Shown: positions 11,150-20,810 of the stretch, in pieces
Position numbering within the stretch: the stretch's first letter is position 1
How the letters are laid out: each line of letters starts with the position of its first letter
Made by a program: the position numbers and the translations under genes
The notes under the pieces: generated by a model
Databases searched by the model: none
Seen by the model: the letters and a program-made list of their open reading frames with translations, nothing else
What the model was told of the DNA's origin: nothing
Source: Candidatus Latescibacterota bacterium
Lineage (GTDB): Bacteria > Latescibacterota > UBA2968 > UBA8231
Length of the DNA stretch: 64,000 nt
Reading direction: 5' to 3'
NCBI GenBank assembly: GCA_965261395.1
Contig: OZ253462.1
Location: 1,536,001 to 1,600,000 of the forward strand

Positions 11150-12504
11150 CGTCCACTCATAAATCTCGCCGCATCTGGTTTTGCCAGACAGAATATGTGG
11201 CCCAGCATCCCGAGTCCCTGCAAAAGCTCAAGGACGCTGTCGGCCTGACGACGATTATGCCCGAAAGTCCGGTGTGCCATACCTCGGGTTTTAGCGCCTC
11301 GGCGGAGTTGGCCAAGCGGGGGCCTTTTGAGGACTGGCGTCAGCGCATTGATGCTTGGCCGAGCGGTTCGGAGGGCATCTACCCACCAGTGGCGGGGATT
11401 ATCAGTGGCTTTGACGATGCGCCCTTGCAGCGCGTCATCGAAGCGTGCAAAAGCACGGGGATCGAGGTGTGGGGGCACATCGGCTTGTGGAGCTACGGCG
11501 GCGAGGTCTATCCCGAATTTGCCCTGCGCGATTTGGAGGGGCGGCCATTGGATCGGCGCTATCAGGAGTGGGGCATTGGCCTGTGTCCGAGCCGCAAGGC
11601 AATCAACGAGTGGACGCGCGACTGCTTGGTCGAAGCGGTGCAGCGCTACGCTATTGACGGCTTTGACGTGGACCACGCCCGCTATCCGGCTCCGGCCAAT
11701 GTACACAGTCTGATGGCCTGCGGCTGTGCTAGCTGCCAAGACGAAGCCGCCCGCTTGGGCTACGATTTCGCGGCCATGCGGCGCAGCGTACTGGCTCTGC
11801 GCCAGCGCCTAGCGCAATTGACTTTGGCCGAAGTGCGGGCTTTGGCTGTGGGGCGTCCGGGTTTGATGGAATTTTTGGGCTTGTTGGCTCAGGATGGGGC
11901 CGTGCTCGATTGGGTGCAGTTTCGCGCCCATATACTGGCCGAGCGCATGGGGGAATTTCGCGCGGCCGTGCAGGAGACCAGGGGGCGCGATAAGGTCTTT
12001 GGCAGCGATGTGTTTCCCGCCTCCACAGGGCTGTTGGGCGGGCATTGGTACGGCAAGTGGGAAGAGGCGACGGATTTTCTCACCGGGGGGAGTTCGCACG
12101 GAGGCGTGGTGGGTTGGGCGACCGGGGTGACCAACTTGGCGCGGGAGTGGACTGCGGCTTTGTGTCGGCACGCTCAAGGGCTGGACGAACGCGAGGTATT
12201 GGCTCTGGTGTGGCGCATGTTCGGGGTGGAGGATCTGGATTTGCCGGAGACTACGGCGGGGGTGGCGGAAGGACCTTTGCCGATCGCCGCCCTATACGAG
12301 CGGGAAGTGGCTCGCTTAAAAGCGCAGACTAGTGGGACGGTGCCGCTGTATCCGCCCCTTTCAGCGGGAGCGGCCCCCGAGTTGGTTCGAGCTTTGGGTG
12401 AGGCGGTGGCCGGGCACGGGTGCGACGGGTGTTTGTTTACGGTCAATGCCGAGGACGAGGAGCAGGTGCGGGTATTGGGGGAGGCTTTGGCGGGCGTGGG
12501 GTGA
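11146..12504 (+). CDS. Uncharacterised TIM-barrel protein, glycoside-hydrolase-like (GHL10-like)
   Basis: LCPS...YAIDGFDVDHARYP and CGCASC motifs; ATG at 11146 overlaps the upstream stop (ATGA). Confidence 0.5.
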   Translation: MTSTHKSRRIWFCQTEYVAQHPESLQKLKDAVGLTTIMPESPVCHTSGFSASAELAKRGPFEDWRQRIDAWPSGSEGIYPPVAGIISGFDDAPLQRVIEACKSTGIEVWGHIGLWSYGGEVYPEFALRDLEGRPLDRRYQEWGIGLCPSRKAINEWTRDCLVEAVQRYAIDGFDVDHARYPAPANVHSLMACGCASCQDEAARLGYDFAAMRRSVLALRQRLAQLTLAEVRALAVGRPGLMEFLGLLAQDGAVLDWVQFRAHILAERMGEFRAAVQETRGRDKVFGSDVFPASTGLLGGHWYGKWEEATDFLTGGSSHGGVVGWATGVTNLAREWTAALCRHAQGLDEREVLALVWRMFGVEDLDLPETTAGVAEGPLPIAALYEREVARLKAQTSGTVPLYPPLSAGAAPELVRALGEAVAGHGCDGCLFTVNAEDEEQVRVLGEALAGVG

Positions 12505-12564
12505 GTTGGAAGTACAGGACCATAGCTTTTATTAGGGAATTATATACTTAAGTAGGCACTGCTA

Positions 12565-12780
12565 TTAGTCTTGGCTTTTCCATTCAGAAACACACGCGAT
12601 CCGCCCGTTCTTATTTTCATATACCCAACGGCCCGGCTCATCAGAAAGTATCCAGTTACATAAGGAGTCGTTGAAGGCTTGATCATTTAATTGATTCCCG
12701 TCCATACCTATGTACATATCTTCTGCTTTGGTCTGTCCCACAACGAGAACGAAGCAACCGTGTTGATAGGTCTGATCCAT
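12565..12780 (-). CDS. Small hypothetical ORF or gene fragment in AT-rich DNA
   Basis: 71-aa ORF just outside the tRNA-Val att-like copy; no recognisable motif. Confidence 0.3.
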   Translation of the reverse strand: MDQTYQHGCFVLVVGQTKAEDMYIGMDGNQLNDQAFNDSLCNWILSDEPGRWVYENKNGRIACVSEWKSQD

Positions 12781-12854
12781 TTTCAGACTTCCAGCATTTC
12801 CTGTAATTTCCGGTTTAGCTGGACAATTTTTGCTTAGTTAGATATATAATTCCC

Positions 12855-12871
12855 CTTGTAAAGTGGTGGGC
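12855..12871. repeat. 17-bp direct repeat CTTGTAAAGTGGTGGGC (att-like copy of the tRNA-Val 3' end)
   Basis: Identical to 19577..19593, which covers the tRNA 3' end GCCCACCA plus 9 downstream bases. Confidence 0.8.
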
Positions 12872-12890
12872 CGAGTGCATCCCTATTTCA

Positions 12891-13799
12891 TTAGCGCAAT
12901 TGACTGTCCAGATGTCTCTTGATCTGGCCCCAAGAGGTGGACCTTACCGCAGTCTCATCCGCTTCCAGCAAAATCCAGTCGGGATGATACTGGCCCTTCT
13001 GGCCTGCCTGGGGTTGAGCACCAATCATGACCATTCCATGTTTCAACCCACCTTCTCCGTCGCCGTCGCCAACTCGCGCCCCAAAGTGAATAATCTTATC
13101 GGGTTGGAGGATATGCCTTACGCTTGTCTCCGGGCTTGTACTATGAATATCCCATAAAGCAGCGCGGAACTCTATGGTCCAGGTAATATTGGTCGATAGA
13201 TGACCGGCCCCTGCCGGCAGCAACGTCCAGGCGACTTCGAACCACTCTGTGGGCTCGCCATTGTACAGGTCCGAACTCCAGCCTATTTCCGGGAGGTCGA
13301 TATACTCAAGCAGGCTATTGTAGGCTACCGGCTGGCCGGGAAGCGGCTTGACGCGGAGATGGTAGCGCTGCCCATTGTAAACCTGGTCGAGATTTTCCCC
13401 TAAGAAGTTCCCGCTTGAGTGGTCGGCGTCAATGTAGATTTGCAGATGGTCATCGCTCCACCAGCGTTTCTGATCCTCCTCGACGATACGCAGGGTATCG
13501 TCCTGAACTCTGATGAAGAAATATACTCGATTGTCCGGCGGCGCACTCCACCCAGCGAACCAAGAGAAATCTAAGTCGTCCCTTTGAACATCCCCTTCAC
13601 GCATGTCCCACGTCTGCTCCAACCCTATCTTGAAATCCTCCTCCATCCAGCCCCAATCGTCCTCGTTTCCATCGATCGTAATCGCGCTGGGGTCGGGCAC
13701 CTGGGGCATGAAGTATTCTACATTTGTATGCCCTGAGACCGACGTGTTTAGTCCGAGGGACAGCGCGCACCCTAAAAGCATCAACGTGAATTTCTTCAT
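12891..13799 (-). CDS. Secreted protein with CBM9/DOMON-like domain and C-terminal SWGQIK motif
   Basis: Signal peptide, ITIDGNEDDW, YFFIRVQDD, D.LQIYIDAD; ends TAVRSTSWGQIKRHL; GGAGG RBS. Confidence 0.65.
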   Translation of the reverse strand: MKKFTLMLLGCALSLGLNTSVSGHTNVEYFMPQVPDPSAITIDGNEDDWGWMEEDFKIGLEQTWDMREGDVQRDDLDFSWFAGWSAPPDNRVYFFIRVQDDTLRIVEEDQKRWWSDDHLQIYIDADHSSGNFLGENLDQVYNGQRYHLRVKPLPGQPVAYNSLLEYIDLPEIGWSSDLYNGEPTEWFEVAWTLLPAGAGHLSTNITWTIEFRAALWDIHSTSPETSVRHILQPDKIIHFGARVGDGDGEGGLKHGMVMIGAQPQAGQKGQYHPDWILLEADETAVRSTSWGQIKRHLDSQLR

Positions 13800-14000
13800 T
13801 AGTAGTATGTCCTCCTAATGTAGAGTGTTAGAGACTATTTATTACTTCCTCCACGTGAATCCACCTCAAGCTCTTGCGCAGGGGCCTCCTTTCAGGCAAT
13901 AAATCAGGAATGTTTACATTTACCTAGCAAGTTAACTCTACATTCCCAATTTGACAAGTGAATATTCCTATGCTTTGGAACGAGTTTGATACCCTACACA

Positions 14001-16001
14001 TCATCCCCAGAAGATCACATTGCCGATCATTCCGGTGAAGTGATCGATGATGAGATAGAAGCCTCCCGGTGAGATGTGTCCCAGGATCATGCCAAAGAAA
14101 AAGGGACGGGTTTTCATGTAGAGTCCCACCCCCCCATACTTGAGTACCAGCACCTTGATTAGCCAGGCCAAAAACATGTTGAACCACAGGGCGGTCATGA
14201 TCCATATCGGACCGATCGGATACCCCAGGGGATGGAGCGGCCACCACACATAGCGCCAGCGGGCGATCATCAAGCCCGACATGATCACGGCCCCGATCCC
14301 AGTGTTGATCCAGCCCCACAGGTGCGGCGCTTTCGGCGAGTGAATCAAATTCCCCATGTAGTCGTAGGCGTCCCTCTGCGACCATATCTTCAGATTGAGA
14401 GCCCCGTACTCGTGGCTGAGGATCATGATCACCCAGACCGACCCGGCCAAGGCCACCACCACACCTAGGACCAAAGCCCAGAACAGCGGCCGTTTGTCGC
14501 TTTCCAACTCCTCCCCCAACCTGAGGCCGTTAGCGCACGAAGTCATCACAAAACTGCGCACTCCGGCCGTCCAGAAATAGGTTGTCGCCAAAATGACCAA
14601 GCCCTGCGACCCCACCGCCGACGAGCCCACCGCCGACACTAAGATGCCGGCTGGCACTACCGGCGGCGCGCCATCCGACAGCCCGCCCTCGGCCACCACC
14701 CGGGTGTAGCCGTAGATAATCACTGCCGCTAAGCAGAGCAAGCTCAGCGCCACCCACAAAGGCATGCCCGCCAGCCACAACCATCCCACCAGTACTAGGT
14801 TGCCGGTAATCAGGACAATCACCGCCGTCCGATAGGAGAGGACCTCTCCGGAATCATCCACCGTCGGATCCCCAGTAAAGGCCTTGCGGAAAACCTCCTT
14901 CAGATGCTTGCGTGCCGTCCACAGGCCGCCTAAAAACAGCACCAGCATCGCCCCCATCGACTGGTGTGCCAGAATCGGATCCTGTACCGCGTGACCGCCT
15001 CCGAGGGTCTCCGAGCTAGTGATACCAAAGACTCCGAAAATTCCCCGCACTATGTTGAACAACAGGTTGAAAAACCACAGGCTGAAGGCGACCTCCGTCT
15101 TGAGGAAGTAGAAAAATCCCAGGATATTGGGCCGCAACTTGATGTGCAACTCCGAAGTGTCGCGAAAGATGGGCACGATCAAACGGACCATGTCTATGTC
15201 CTCGGCGATGAGGAACACATCCGGGAAGTAGTTGTAGAGCCCGTGCAGCGTACCCCAGAGAAACGGTACTGCAAAGCCGGCCCACATCACCGGATTCTTA
15301 AAGAAAGGGGGGATGCGCTCGCTCTCCCCGCCTTGCTCGGTCATGGCCAGGGGCACCTGTACCAAGGGATAGACCAACCGTTCGTTCTCGACCCACTGCT
15401 TGCGCAGCACGACCATGCTGGCAATCATCACCAAAAACAGCGCCCAGACGAAAGGGGTCCAAGCCAAAAACGTCGGCACCCAAGCTTCCCAGGGAATCGG
15501 CTGCCCTTGCTCTACCCCTTCGTAGAACGGGTTCAGGACCTTGGCGTCGTGCGGCATCAACCAGTGGGGTATGTATGACTGGATCAGGTTGCGCCAATCG
15601 TTCTCGGGGGTGGCGTAGTAGAAGGGCGCGGTGATCTGGGAGAGGAAGCGGGCGCAGAAGAGGGTGGGAATCGGGGAGGCCATGACCATCATGATGTAGA
15701 TCACCAGCAGTTCCTGCTGGTTCAGGCCCGCCCGCGGATGGACCAGTCTGAGCAAGGGATTCACCAAGCCGGTGAGGAGAGCCAGAAGGAACACTGCGCC
15801 CACCGTGCTGGTCCCCAAGGCCATGAACGACCCCTGCAGGTAGAGGGTCCCATATGTAGACCCAGCTGAGACGAAGAAGGCGAAGACGCAGCCCAGCAGG
15901 AACGCCCTGAGCGTGAACGCCGAGGTCTCTAAAGGGGGGGGAACTTCAGTGCCACGGCTCCCAGACATCCCTTTCGTGGAACGAAAGCCCAGCGACATCA
16001 C
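14001..16001 (-). CDS. Polytopic membrane protein, putative OPT-related transporter (DUF6785/DUF6784-like)
   Basis: Many TM helices; RKQWVENERLVYPL and WWPLHPLGY motifs. Confidence 0.65.
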   Translation of the reverse strand: MMSLGFRSTKGMSGSRGTEVPPPLETSAFTLRAFLLGCVFAFFVSAGSTYGTLYLQGSFMALGTSTVGAVFLLALLTGLVNPLLRLVHPRAGLNQQELLVIYIMMVMASPIPTLFCARFLSQITAPFYYATPENDWRNLIQSYIPHWLMPHDAKVLNPFYEGVEQGQPIPWEAWVPTFLAWTPFVWALFLVMIASMVVLRKQWVENERLVYPLVQVPLAMTEQGGESERIPPFFKNPVMWAGFAVPFLWGTLHGLYNYFPDVFLIAEDIDMVRLIVPIFRDTSELHIKLRPNILGFFYFLKTEVAFSLWFFNLLFNIVRGIFGVFGITSSETLGGGHAVQDPILAHQSMGAMLVLFLGGLWTARKHLKEVFRKAFTGDPTVDDSGEVLSYRTAVIVLITGNLVLVGWLWLAGMPLWVALSLLCLAAVIIYGYTRVVAEGGLSDGAPPVVPAGILVSAVGSSAVGSQGLVILATTYFWTAGVRSFVMTSCANGLRLGEELESDKRPLFWALVLGVVVALAGSVWVIMILSHEYGALNLKIWSQRDAYDYMGNLIHSPKAPHLWGWINTGIGAVIMSGLMIARWRYVWWPLHPLGYPIGPIWIMTALWFNMFLAWLIKVLVLKYGGVGLYMKTRPFFFGMILGHISPGGFYLIIDHFTGMIGNVIFWG

Positions 16002-16036
16002 CCTCTCACGGTTCCTCTGTTATCCGACCGCCAGAT

Positions 16037-17608
16037 TCATCGACGGCGACGGGAAGCTCTGCGCTGCTGCGGGCAGTCACTGAAGTCCCGGCGCGGGTCC
16101 TGGCTGACCACATCTGGATAATAGAGCGGTTGGTCTGCTTCTACTAGCATCCCGTCTCCACGCATGATCTGGTTAGACGTTCGGGGCTTTATCCGGCTCG
16201 GATACTGCTTGCGATATTGCGCGCTTTCCCGCCTAGTCGACTCGATGGCTTTCTCAAAGTCAAAGCCATCGAAGAGCGCGGACCTGAGTTTCTCCAGTTC
16301 GGCGGCCATCTCCCCTGTGGCGCGGCCTACCAGATTGCGCTGCTCGTCCGGATCGTCCATCAGGTCGAAGGCCAGATCCTCGCAGGCACGGAAGGCGATG
16401 TACTTGTAGCGCTGCGAGCGGATCATGCGGTATCCTTTGCCCAAGTGCCCGACGATGACGCCGGGGCGCGCTGCCAGAGCCGGGCAGGCATCGCCCCGCA
16501 CCGCCGGTGCCAGGTCGATACCGTCTAGATCGTCGAGCAGGGGCGCATCGGTCAGGCCACAGAGCGTGGGGAAGATATCGGCCAGGCTCACCGGCGCGGC
16601 GATTTCAGCCGGCGAGAGCTGACCCCTGCGATGCTCCGGCAGGGAGACGATCAGCGGCACCCGAACAGAAGCTTCGTGCCAAGTCTGTTTCCACCACAGG
16701 CCGTGCTCTCCAGCCAGTTCGCCGTGGTCCGAGGTGTAGACGATGACGGTATTGTCGAGCAGCCCGTCGCGCTCCAGGACCGCTAAAAAGTCCCCTATGA
16801 TCTCGTCCAACTGGTCTACGCAGGCAATGTATGCCGCCCGGGCGCGCAGGGTCTGCTCCGCAGTGATCTCTTCGGCGGGATGACCCTGAGACTCGCCGCC
16901 ATCCGACCTCAGAGCTTCCAAGGTCATGGGGTGGTCCTGGGCGTCCCCGCTGCGGCCCACCCGCGGTGGGGTGACCCCTTCGGGGTAGTAGCGCTCGAAA
17001 AAGCGGCGGGGTGCGTTCATCGGGAAGTGCGGGTGGACGAACGAGGTGTACATCAACCAAGGCTGGTCCGGGTGGGCGTGGCGGTGTTCGCGCAGCCAAG
17101 CCGTGGCCTCGCGCACGACAAACTGCTCCTGGAGCAGGGATTCGGGGATATCGCTGAGACCAGCATCCTCGATGATGGAGGGCATGAAGATGTGATCCTG
17201 GATCCCGGGCAGAAAAAGTGGGTCTTTCTGATGGCCTGGCGAGGGCGCGTCAAAGTCGCCGTAGGGGCGGGCCCCGAAGCCGGCGTACTGCCGGGAGCCC
17301 TGCAGGTGCATCTTGCCGACGGCGGCCGTGGCGTAGCCGTGCTGCCCCAGGTGCGAAGCAAAGGTAGGGGTTTCGGGCCACAGGACCGGGCAGCGGTGCG
17401 GGTGCCGGCCGGACAGCATCGACATTCGGCTGGGCGTACACAGGGGCATCTGGCAATAGGCGGTTTCGAAGTGGACGCCCTGCTGGATGAGGCGATCGAG
17501 CGTCGGAGTGCGGCAGGGTTCGCCGCCGCGCTCCGGAGAGCGAGCCGAGAGGAAGCGAAAACTGTGTTCATCGCTGAGGAGAAAGAGGATATTGGGGCGC
17601 TTGGGCAT
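16037..17608 (-). CDS. Formylglycine-dependent sulfatase (choline-sulfatase-like)
   Basis: RPNILFLLSDEH, CTPSR, GKMH, YTSDHG; start placed at MPKRP. Confidence 0.9.
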   Translation of the reverse strand: MPKRPNILFLLSDEHSFRFLSARSPERGGEPCRTPTLDRLIQQGVHFETAYCQMPLCTPSRMSMLSGRHPHRCPVLWPETPTFASHLGQHGYATAAVGKMHLQGSRQYAGFGARPYGDFDAPSPGHQKDPLFLPGIQDHIFMPSIIEDAGLSDIPESLLQEQFVVREATAWLREHRHAHPDQPWLMYTSFVHPHFPMNAPRRFFERYYPEGVTPPRVGRSGDAQDHPMTLEALRSDGGESQGHPAEEITAEQTLRARAAYIACVDQLDEIIGDFLAVLERDGLLDNTVIVYTSDHGELAGEHGLWWKQTWHEASVRVPLIVSLPEHRRGQLSPAEIAAPVSLADIFPTLCGLTDAPLLDDLDGIDLAPAVRGDACPALAARPGVIVGHLGKGYRMIRSQRYKYIAFRACEDLAFDLMDDPDEQRNLVGRATGEMAAELEKLRSALFDGFDFEKAIESTRRESAQYRKQYPSRIKPRTSNQIMRGDGMLVEADQPLYYPDVVSQDPRRDFSDCPQQRRASRRRR

Positions 17609-17859
17609 GGGTATAGCTCCTGTAGAAGTTAGATCATCGCTTGGGCAAAACTCCATTTTCTCAGGGTGTAATAGCGCAAAAAATATTTCGCACCGCCGAC
17701 ACCCATAAATGGATGCGCCGATTTATTCTTTCCGCTTTCCAGCGGTTGAATAAGAGAGTGTGCAAAGATTTCGGTAGCGGCCACTGGTAGTGCAGAGCCG
17801 CAACAGCTCAAACCTTACAGAGACTCCGAACCACCAATCTACAAGAGTTCACTCGGCGG

Positions 17860-19353
17860 CTATTCCGTCAATAGCTCGGGCGCGACGCCTGCTCCGGCAT
17901 TGGGGTCGGCGCCCTCTTTGGCCCGGTCCAAAAGCTCGGACAGTTCCCCGACCACCCCAGGGTATTCCCCATAGCGGTTGTGCCGCTCCGAAATGTCGTC
18001 TCTCAAGTTGAAAAGCTCTCCCGGAAAATCATGGTCTGCGTAGCCGCGTTCCTCTCTGTACCAATCCGGCTCCCGGGCGTCGCCGCCGCTGGGGGCATCA
18101 ATGAAGACCCAGTCGCCGCAGCGGATGGCGAACTTGCCGTTGAGGCTGTGATGCACGGCAAAGCGGCGGGTCGGTGGCGTGGCGTCCCCGTGTAACAGGA
18201 GAGGCAGCATACTGACGCTGTCTTCACCGGCATCCGACGGCAGCGGGACCCCTAGTATTTCTGCACAGGTCGCCATCAGATCGCTAAGGCTGAATAGCTG
18301 GCTGCACACTTTGCCAGTCGGCACCTTTCCCGGCCAGCGGGCGATGAAGGGGACGCGATGGCCGCCCTCCCAAGCATCGTACTTGATGCCGCGGAGATGG
18401 CCGTTACTAAAGTGGCGGTAATCGGGCATGATAGAGCTGTAGGCGAAGACTTCGGGGCCGTTATCGCTGGCGAAGATGAGTAGGGTGTCTTCGGCGATAC
18501 CTTTGCGATCGAGCGCCTCCACGACTTGGCCGACGCACCAGTCCACTTCGCAGACGAAGTCCCCGTACTCGCCGGCCTGACTCATGCCGCGAAACTGCTC
18601 GGTGGGCACGATGGGGGTGTGGGGGGCGGTCATGGGGAAGTAAAGAAAAAAGGGAGCTTCCCCCGACTCCTCAATGTAGCGCACCACGCGCCGGGTCAAC
18701 TCGGGTATCACCTCCTCTAGACTCCATCCGGGAGCCATGGCACCGGGACGACACGTGGATGGATACGGCAAGCCTTCTATGTCTTCCGGCTTTTCCTCCG
18801 TTGGCTGCACCTGCACGCGGTCCTGTTCGAGCCAAGTATAGGGTGGGAAATTGGGCAGGTCCTGTCCGAAGTAGTAGTCGAAGCCCCGGTCAACAGGCCC
18901 GCCTTTGATGGGCCGGGTGAAGTCGATGTTCTTGCCCAATTCGATCCGTGCTTGGTCGTAGACTCCCAGTTCCACCCCCTTGTTGGCCGGTCCTGCGTCC
19001 ATAGTGGGCCAGTCCCAGCCTAGGTGCCACTTTCCGATGCAGGCGGTTCGGTAGCCCTGTTCGCGGAGGAAGCCGGCCACCGTCGGCCGGTCCGGCTCGA
19101 TCAGCGCCGGGTCCCACTCCCAAAGTACCCCCTGTTTCAAGGGCGAGCGCCAGCAGTAGCGGCCGGTAAGCAGAGCGTAGCGGCTGGGAGTGCAGATACT
19201 GGAGGGGGCGTGGACGTCGGTAAAGCGCATGCCTTGGGTGGCCAGCCGGTCCAAGTTGGGGGTCGGTATTCTAGAATCGGGGTTGTTGCAGGCCATGTCT
19301 CCGTAGCCCATGTCGTCCGCAAAAATGTAGACGATGTTGGGGGGGGATTTCAC
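17860..19353 (-). CDS. Arylsulfatase
   Basis: PNIVYIFADDMGYGD, CTPSR, GKWHLG, SDNG, EGGHRVP; GTG start at 19353. Confidence 0.9.
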   Translation of the reverse strand: MKSPPNIVYIFADDMGYGDMACNNPDSRIPTPNLDRLATQGMRFTDVHAPSSICTPSRYALLTGRYCWRSPLKQGVLWEWDPALIEPDRPTVAGFLREQGYRTACIGKWHLGWDWPTMDAGPANKGVELGVYDQARIELGKNIDFTRPIKGGPVDRGFDYYFGQDLPNFPPYTWLEQDRVQVQPTEEKPEDIEGLPYPSTCRPGAMAPGWSLEEVIPELTRRVVRYIEESGEAPFFLYFPMTAPHTPIVPTEQFRGMSQAGEYGDFVCEVDWCVGQVVEALDRKGIAEDTLLIFASDNGPEVFAYSSIMPDYRHFSNGHLRGIKYDAWEGGHRVPFIARWPGKVPTGKVCSQLFSLSDLMATCAEILGVPLPSDAGEDSVSMLPLLLHGDATPPTRRFAVHHSLNGKFAIRCGDWVFIDAPSGGDAREPDWYREERGYADHDFPGELFNLRDDISERHNRYGEYPGVVGELSELLDRAKEGADPNAGAGVAPELLTE

Positions 19354-19451
19354 GATGCGGCCTCGCCCTCGTCTGGGTCTTCGAGGTTGTGGAGGCAGTG
19401 CAACTCGATGCCATCGCATCCGTACTCGGCGAATGTGACAGTCAGTTTCAT
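19350..19451 (-). CDS. 33-aa mini-ORF MKLTVTFAEYGCDGIELHCLHNLEDPDEGEAAS coupled to the arylsulfatase
   Basis: GAGGAGG RBS; its stop overlaps the sulfatase start (GTGA); not in the ORF track. Confidence 0.45.
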   Translation of the reverse strand: MKLTVTFAEYGCDGIELHCLHNLEDPDEGEAAS

Positions 19452-19550
19452 GAATACCTCCTCTATCTCGCCTCTTGTAGTGTAGGCTCGATGATCGATG
19501 ATAATGTAAGAAAAATGCAGCCCGAGGCCACGTATGATCTTGATGCGAAA

Positions 19551-19579
19551 AAGTAAAGCCCCTGAGCAATCAGGGGCTT
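19551..19579 (-). terminator. Intrinsic terminator after tRNA-Val
   Basis: 10-bp stem AAGCCCCTGA/TCAGGGGCTT followed by a T-rich tract on the minus strand. Confidence 0.7.
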
Positions 19580-19585
19580 GTAAAG

Positions 19586-19662
19586 TGGTGGGCGATCCCA
19601 GACTCGAACTGGGGACATCCTGCTTGTAAGGCAGGCGCTCTGACCAACTGAGCTAACCGCCC
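19586..19662 (-). tRNA. tRNA-Val (anticodon TAC)
   Basis: GGGCGGTTAGCTCAGTTGGTCAGAGCG...CTTACAA...GTTCGAGTC...CGCCCACCA, 77 nt with encoded CCA. Confidence 0.97.
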
Positions 19663-19775
19663 GGCCTCTAAGCATAGTTATTCCGACCCTTACACGCAAA
19701 AACGAGCACCGTCCATTTGGCACTGTTGATCTCCTGCCCTAGAATTAGAATTCGCACAATGGACGATGAGAATTA

Positions 19776-20762
19776 GTGAAAAACACCATGACCAATGCCA
19801 CGCACGCCCTACTACTCCCCAACCAAGTTGACGAAGACCTCGCCGCGCACTTTGCCGCGCTCGGCGTTGGCACGATCTCGGCCTATAAGCTCTGGTGCCA
19901 TCGGCACAGCCTGGGCACAGCACTGGACAAAACGCCGCAAGAGCGGGCCACAGAACGGTCGCTTTTCGCCGCGTTGCAGCCCTCGGTAGATCCAGCAGCC
20001 AGCAAAGAGCACGACCCACGCCGCGCTGCGCTGATCAGTCGGCTGTTCAGCGGCGAGCTAGCGGACGAAAAGCTCAACGACCTGCTCTCGCGACTGCGAG
20101 TCGAACGCAACGCGCTGGCCAGCGACCCAGACGCCCAAAAGGCCCTAGGGCGGCTGGTGCTGCACGTCGAAAAATACGGCCACTTGCTGCGGCCCATGCC
20201 AGTGCTCAAGCGCCTCGGTGCCAACCGCGCCAATACCTATATCGCCGCCCTCGGACAGCTAGCGCGGCACCATCTCGACTGGCTGCGCCCAGTGGAGGCG
20301 TGGCGGCCCGATACGGTCAAGGAGCGACCGCAGTTCCAGTCACTGTCGCGGCATCTGCTCGCCCGCTACGAGGTCCCCGCGCCCATGGACACCGCTCTCG
20401 TCTGGACCATCTACGAACTCTGTACCTCGCAGCAGCTCCAGACCGAAGGCCGCATCATGGGCCACTGCGTCTTTTCTTACACCGAGCGGTGCCTTGCTGG
20501 CGACACCTCGATTTGGTCCCTGCGGGCGCTCAACGCCGACGCCGAAGAGGCTCTCGAAAAGCGCGTCCTCACCATCGCCGTTGACAACCGCCAGCGGGCC
20601 GTCACCCAAGCCCGAGGCAAGTTTAACATGGCGCTCAATCAGCGGGAGCGGCTAGAGAAGAGACGCCGGGCGGGATCCTTATACGTGCATCTGTTGCGCG
20701 AATCGGCGCGAATTTTGCGCTTGTGGAGCGATAAGGTGGGGTTGGTGCAGAAAGGCACGTAG
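19776..20762 (+). CDS. PcfJ-like domain protein, possibly internally deleted
   Basis: WTIYEL...LQTEGRIMGHCVFSY...SIWSL...LTI.V...QARGK.N motif. Confidence 0.65.
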   Translation: MKNTMTNATHALLLPNQVDEDLAAHFAALGVGTISAYKLWCHRHSLGTALDKTPQERATERSLFAALQPSVDPAASKEHDPRRAALISRLFSGELADEKLNDLLSRLRVERNALASDPDAQKALGRLVLHVEKYGHLLRPMPVLKRLGANRANTYIAALGQLARHHLDWLRPVEAWRPDTVKERPQFQSLSRHLLARYEVPAPMDTALVWTIYELCTSQQLQTEGRIMGHCVFSYTERCLAGDTSIWSLRALNADAEEALEKRVLTIAVDNRQRAVTQARGKFNMALNQRERLEKRRRAGSLYVHLLRESARILRLWSDKVGLVQKGT

Positions 20763-20800
20763 GGGCGGCTTGCAAACCGCCCCTACGCACGAGGCGCGAT
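20738..20800. repeat. ~63-bp direct repeat copy 1 containing a REP-like GTAG palindrome
   Basis: GTAGGGGCGG-CTTGCAAA-CCGCCCCTAC; near-identical to 21407..21469. Confidence 0.8.
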
Positions 20801-20810
20801 GTCAGATCGT

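Larger units (their letters stand above)
12855..19593. mobile_element. Genomic islet at tRNA-Val, no integrase visible
   Basis: Bounded by 17-bp direct repeats; all cargo genes on the minus strand downstream of the tRNA. Confidence 0.65.

Noticed and set aside
19556-19579. Shared AAGCCCCTG/CAGGGGCTT stem with the tyrS terminator as a mobile repeat
   Set aside because: Only the short stem matches and the flanks are unrelated; consistent with ordinary terminator similarity
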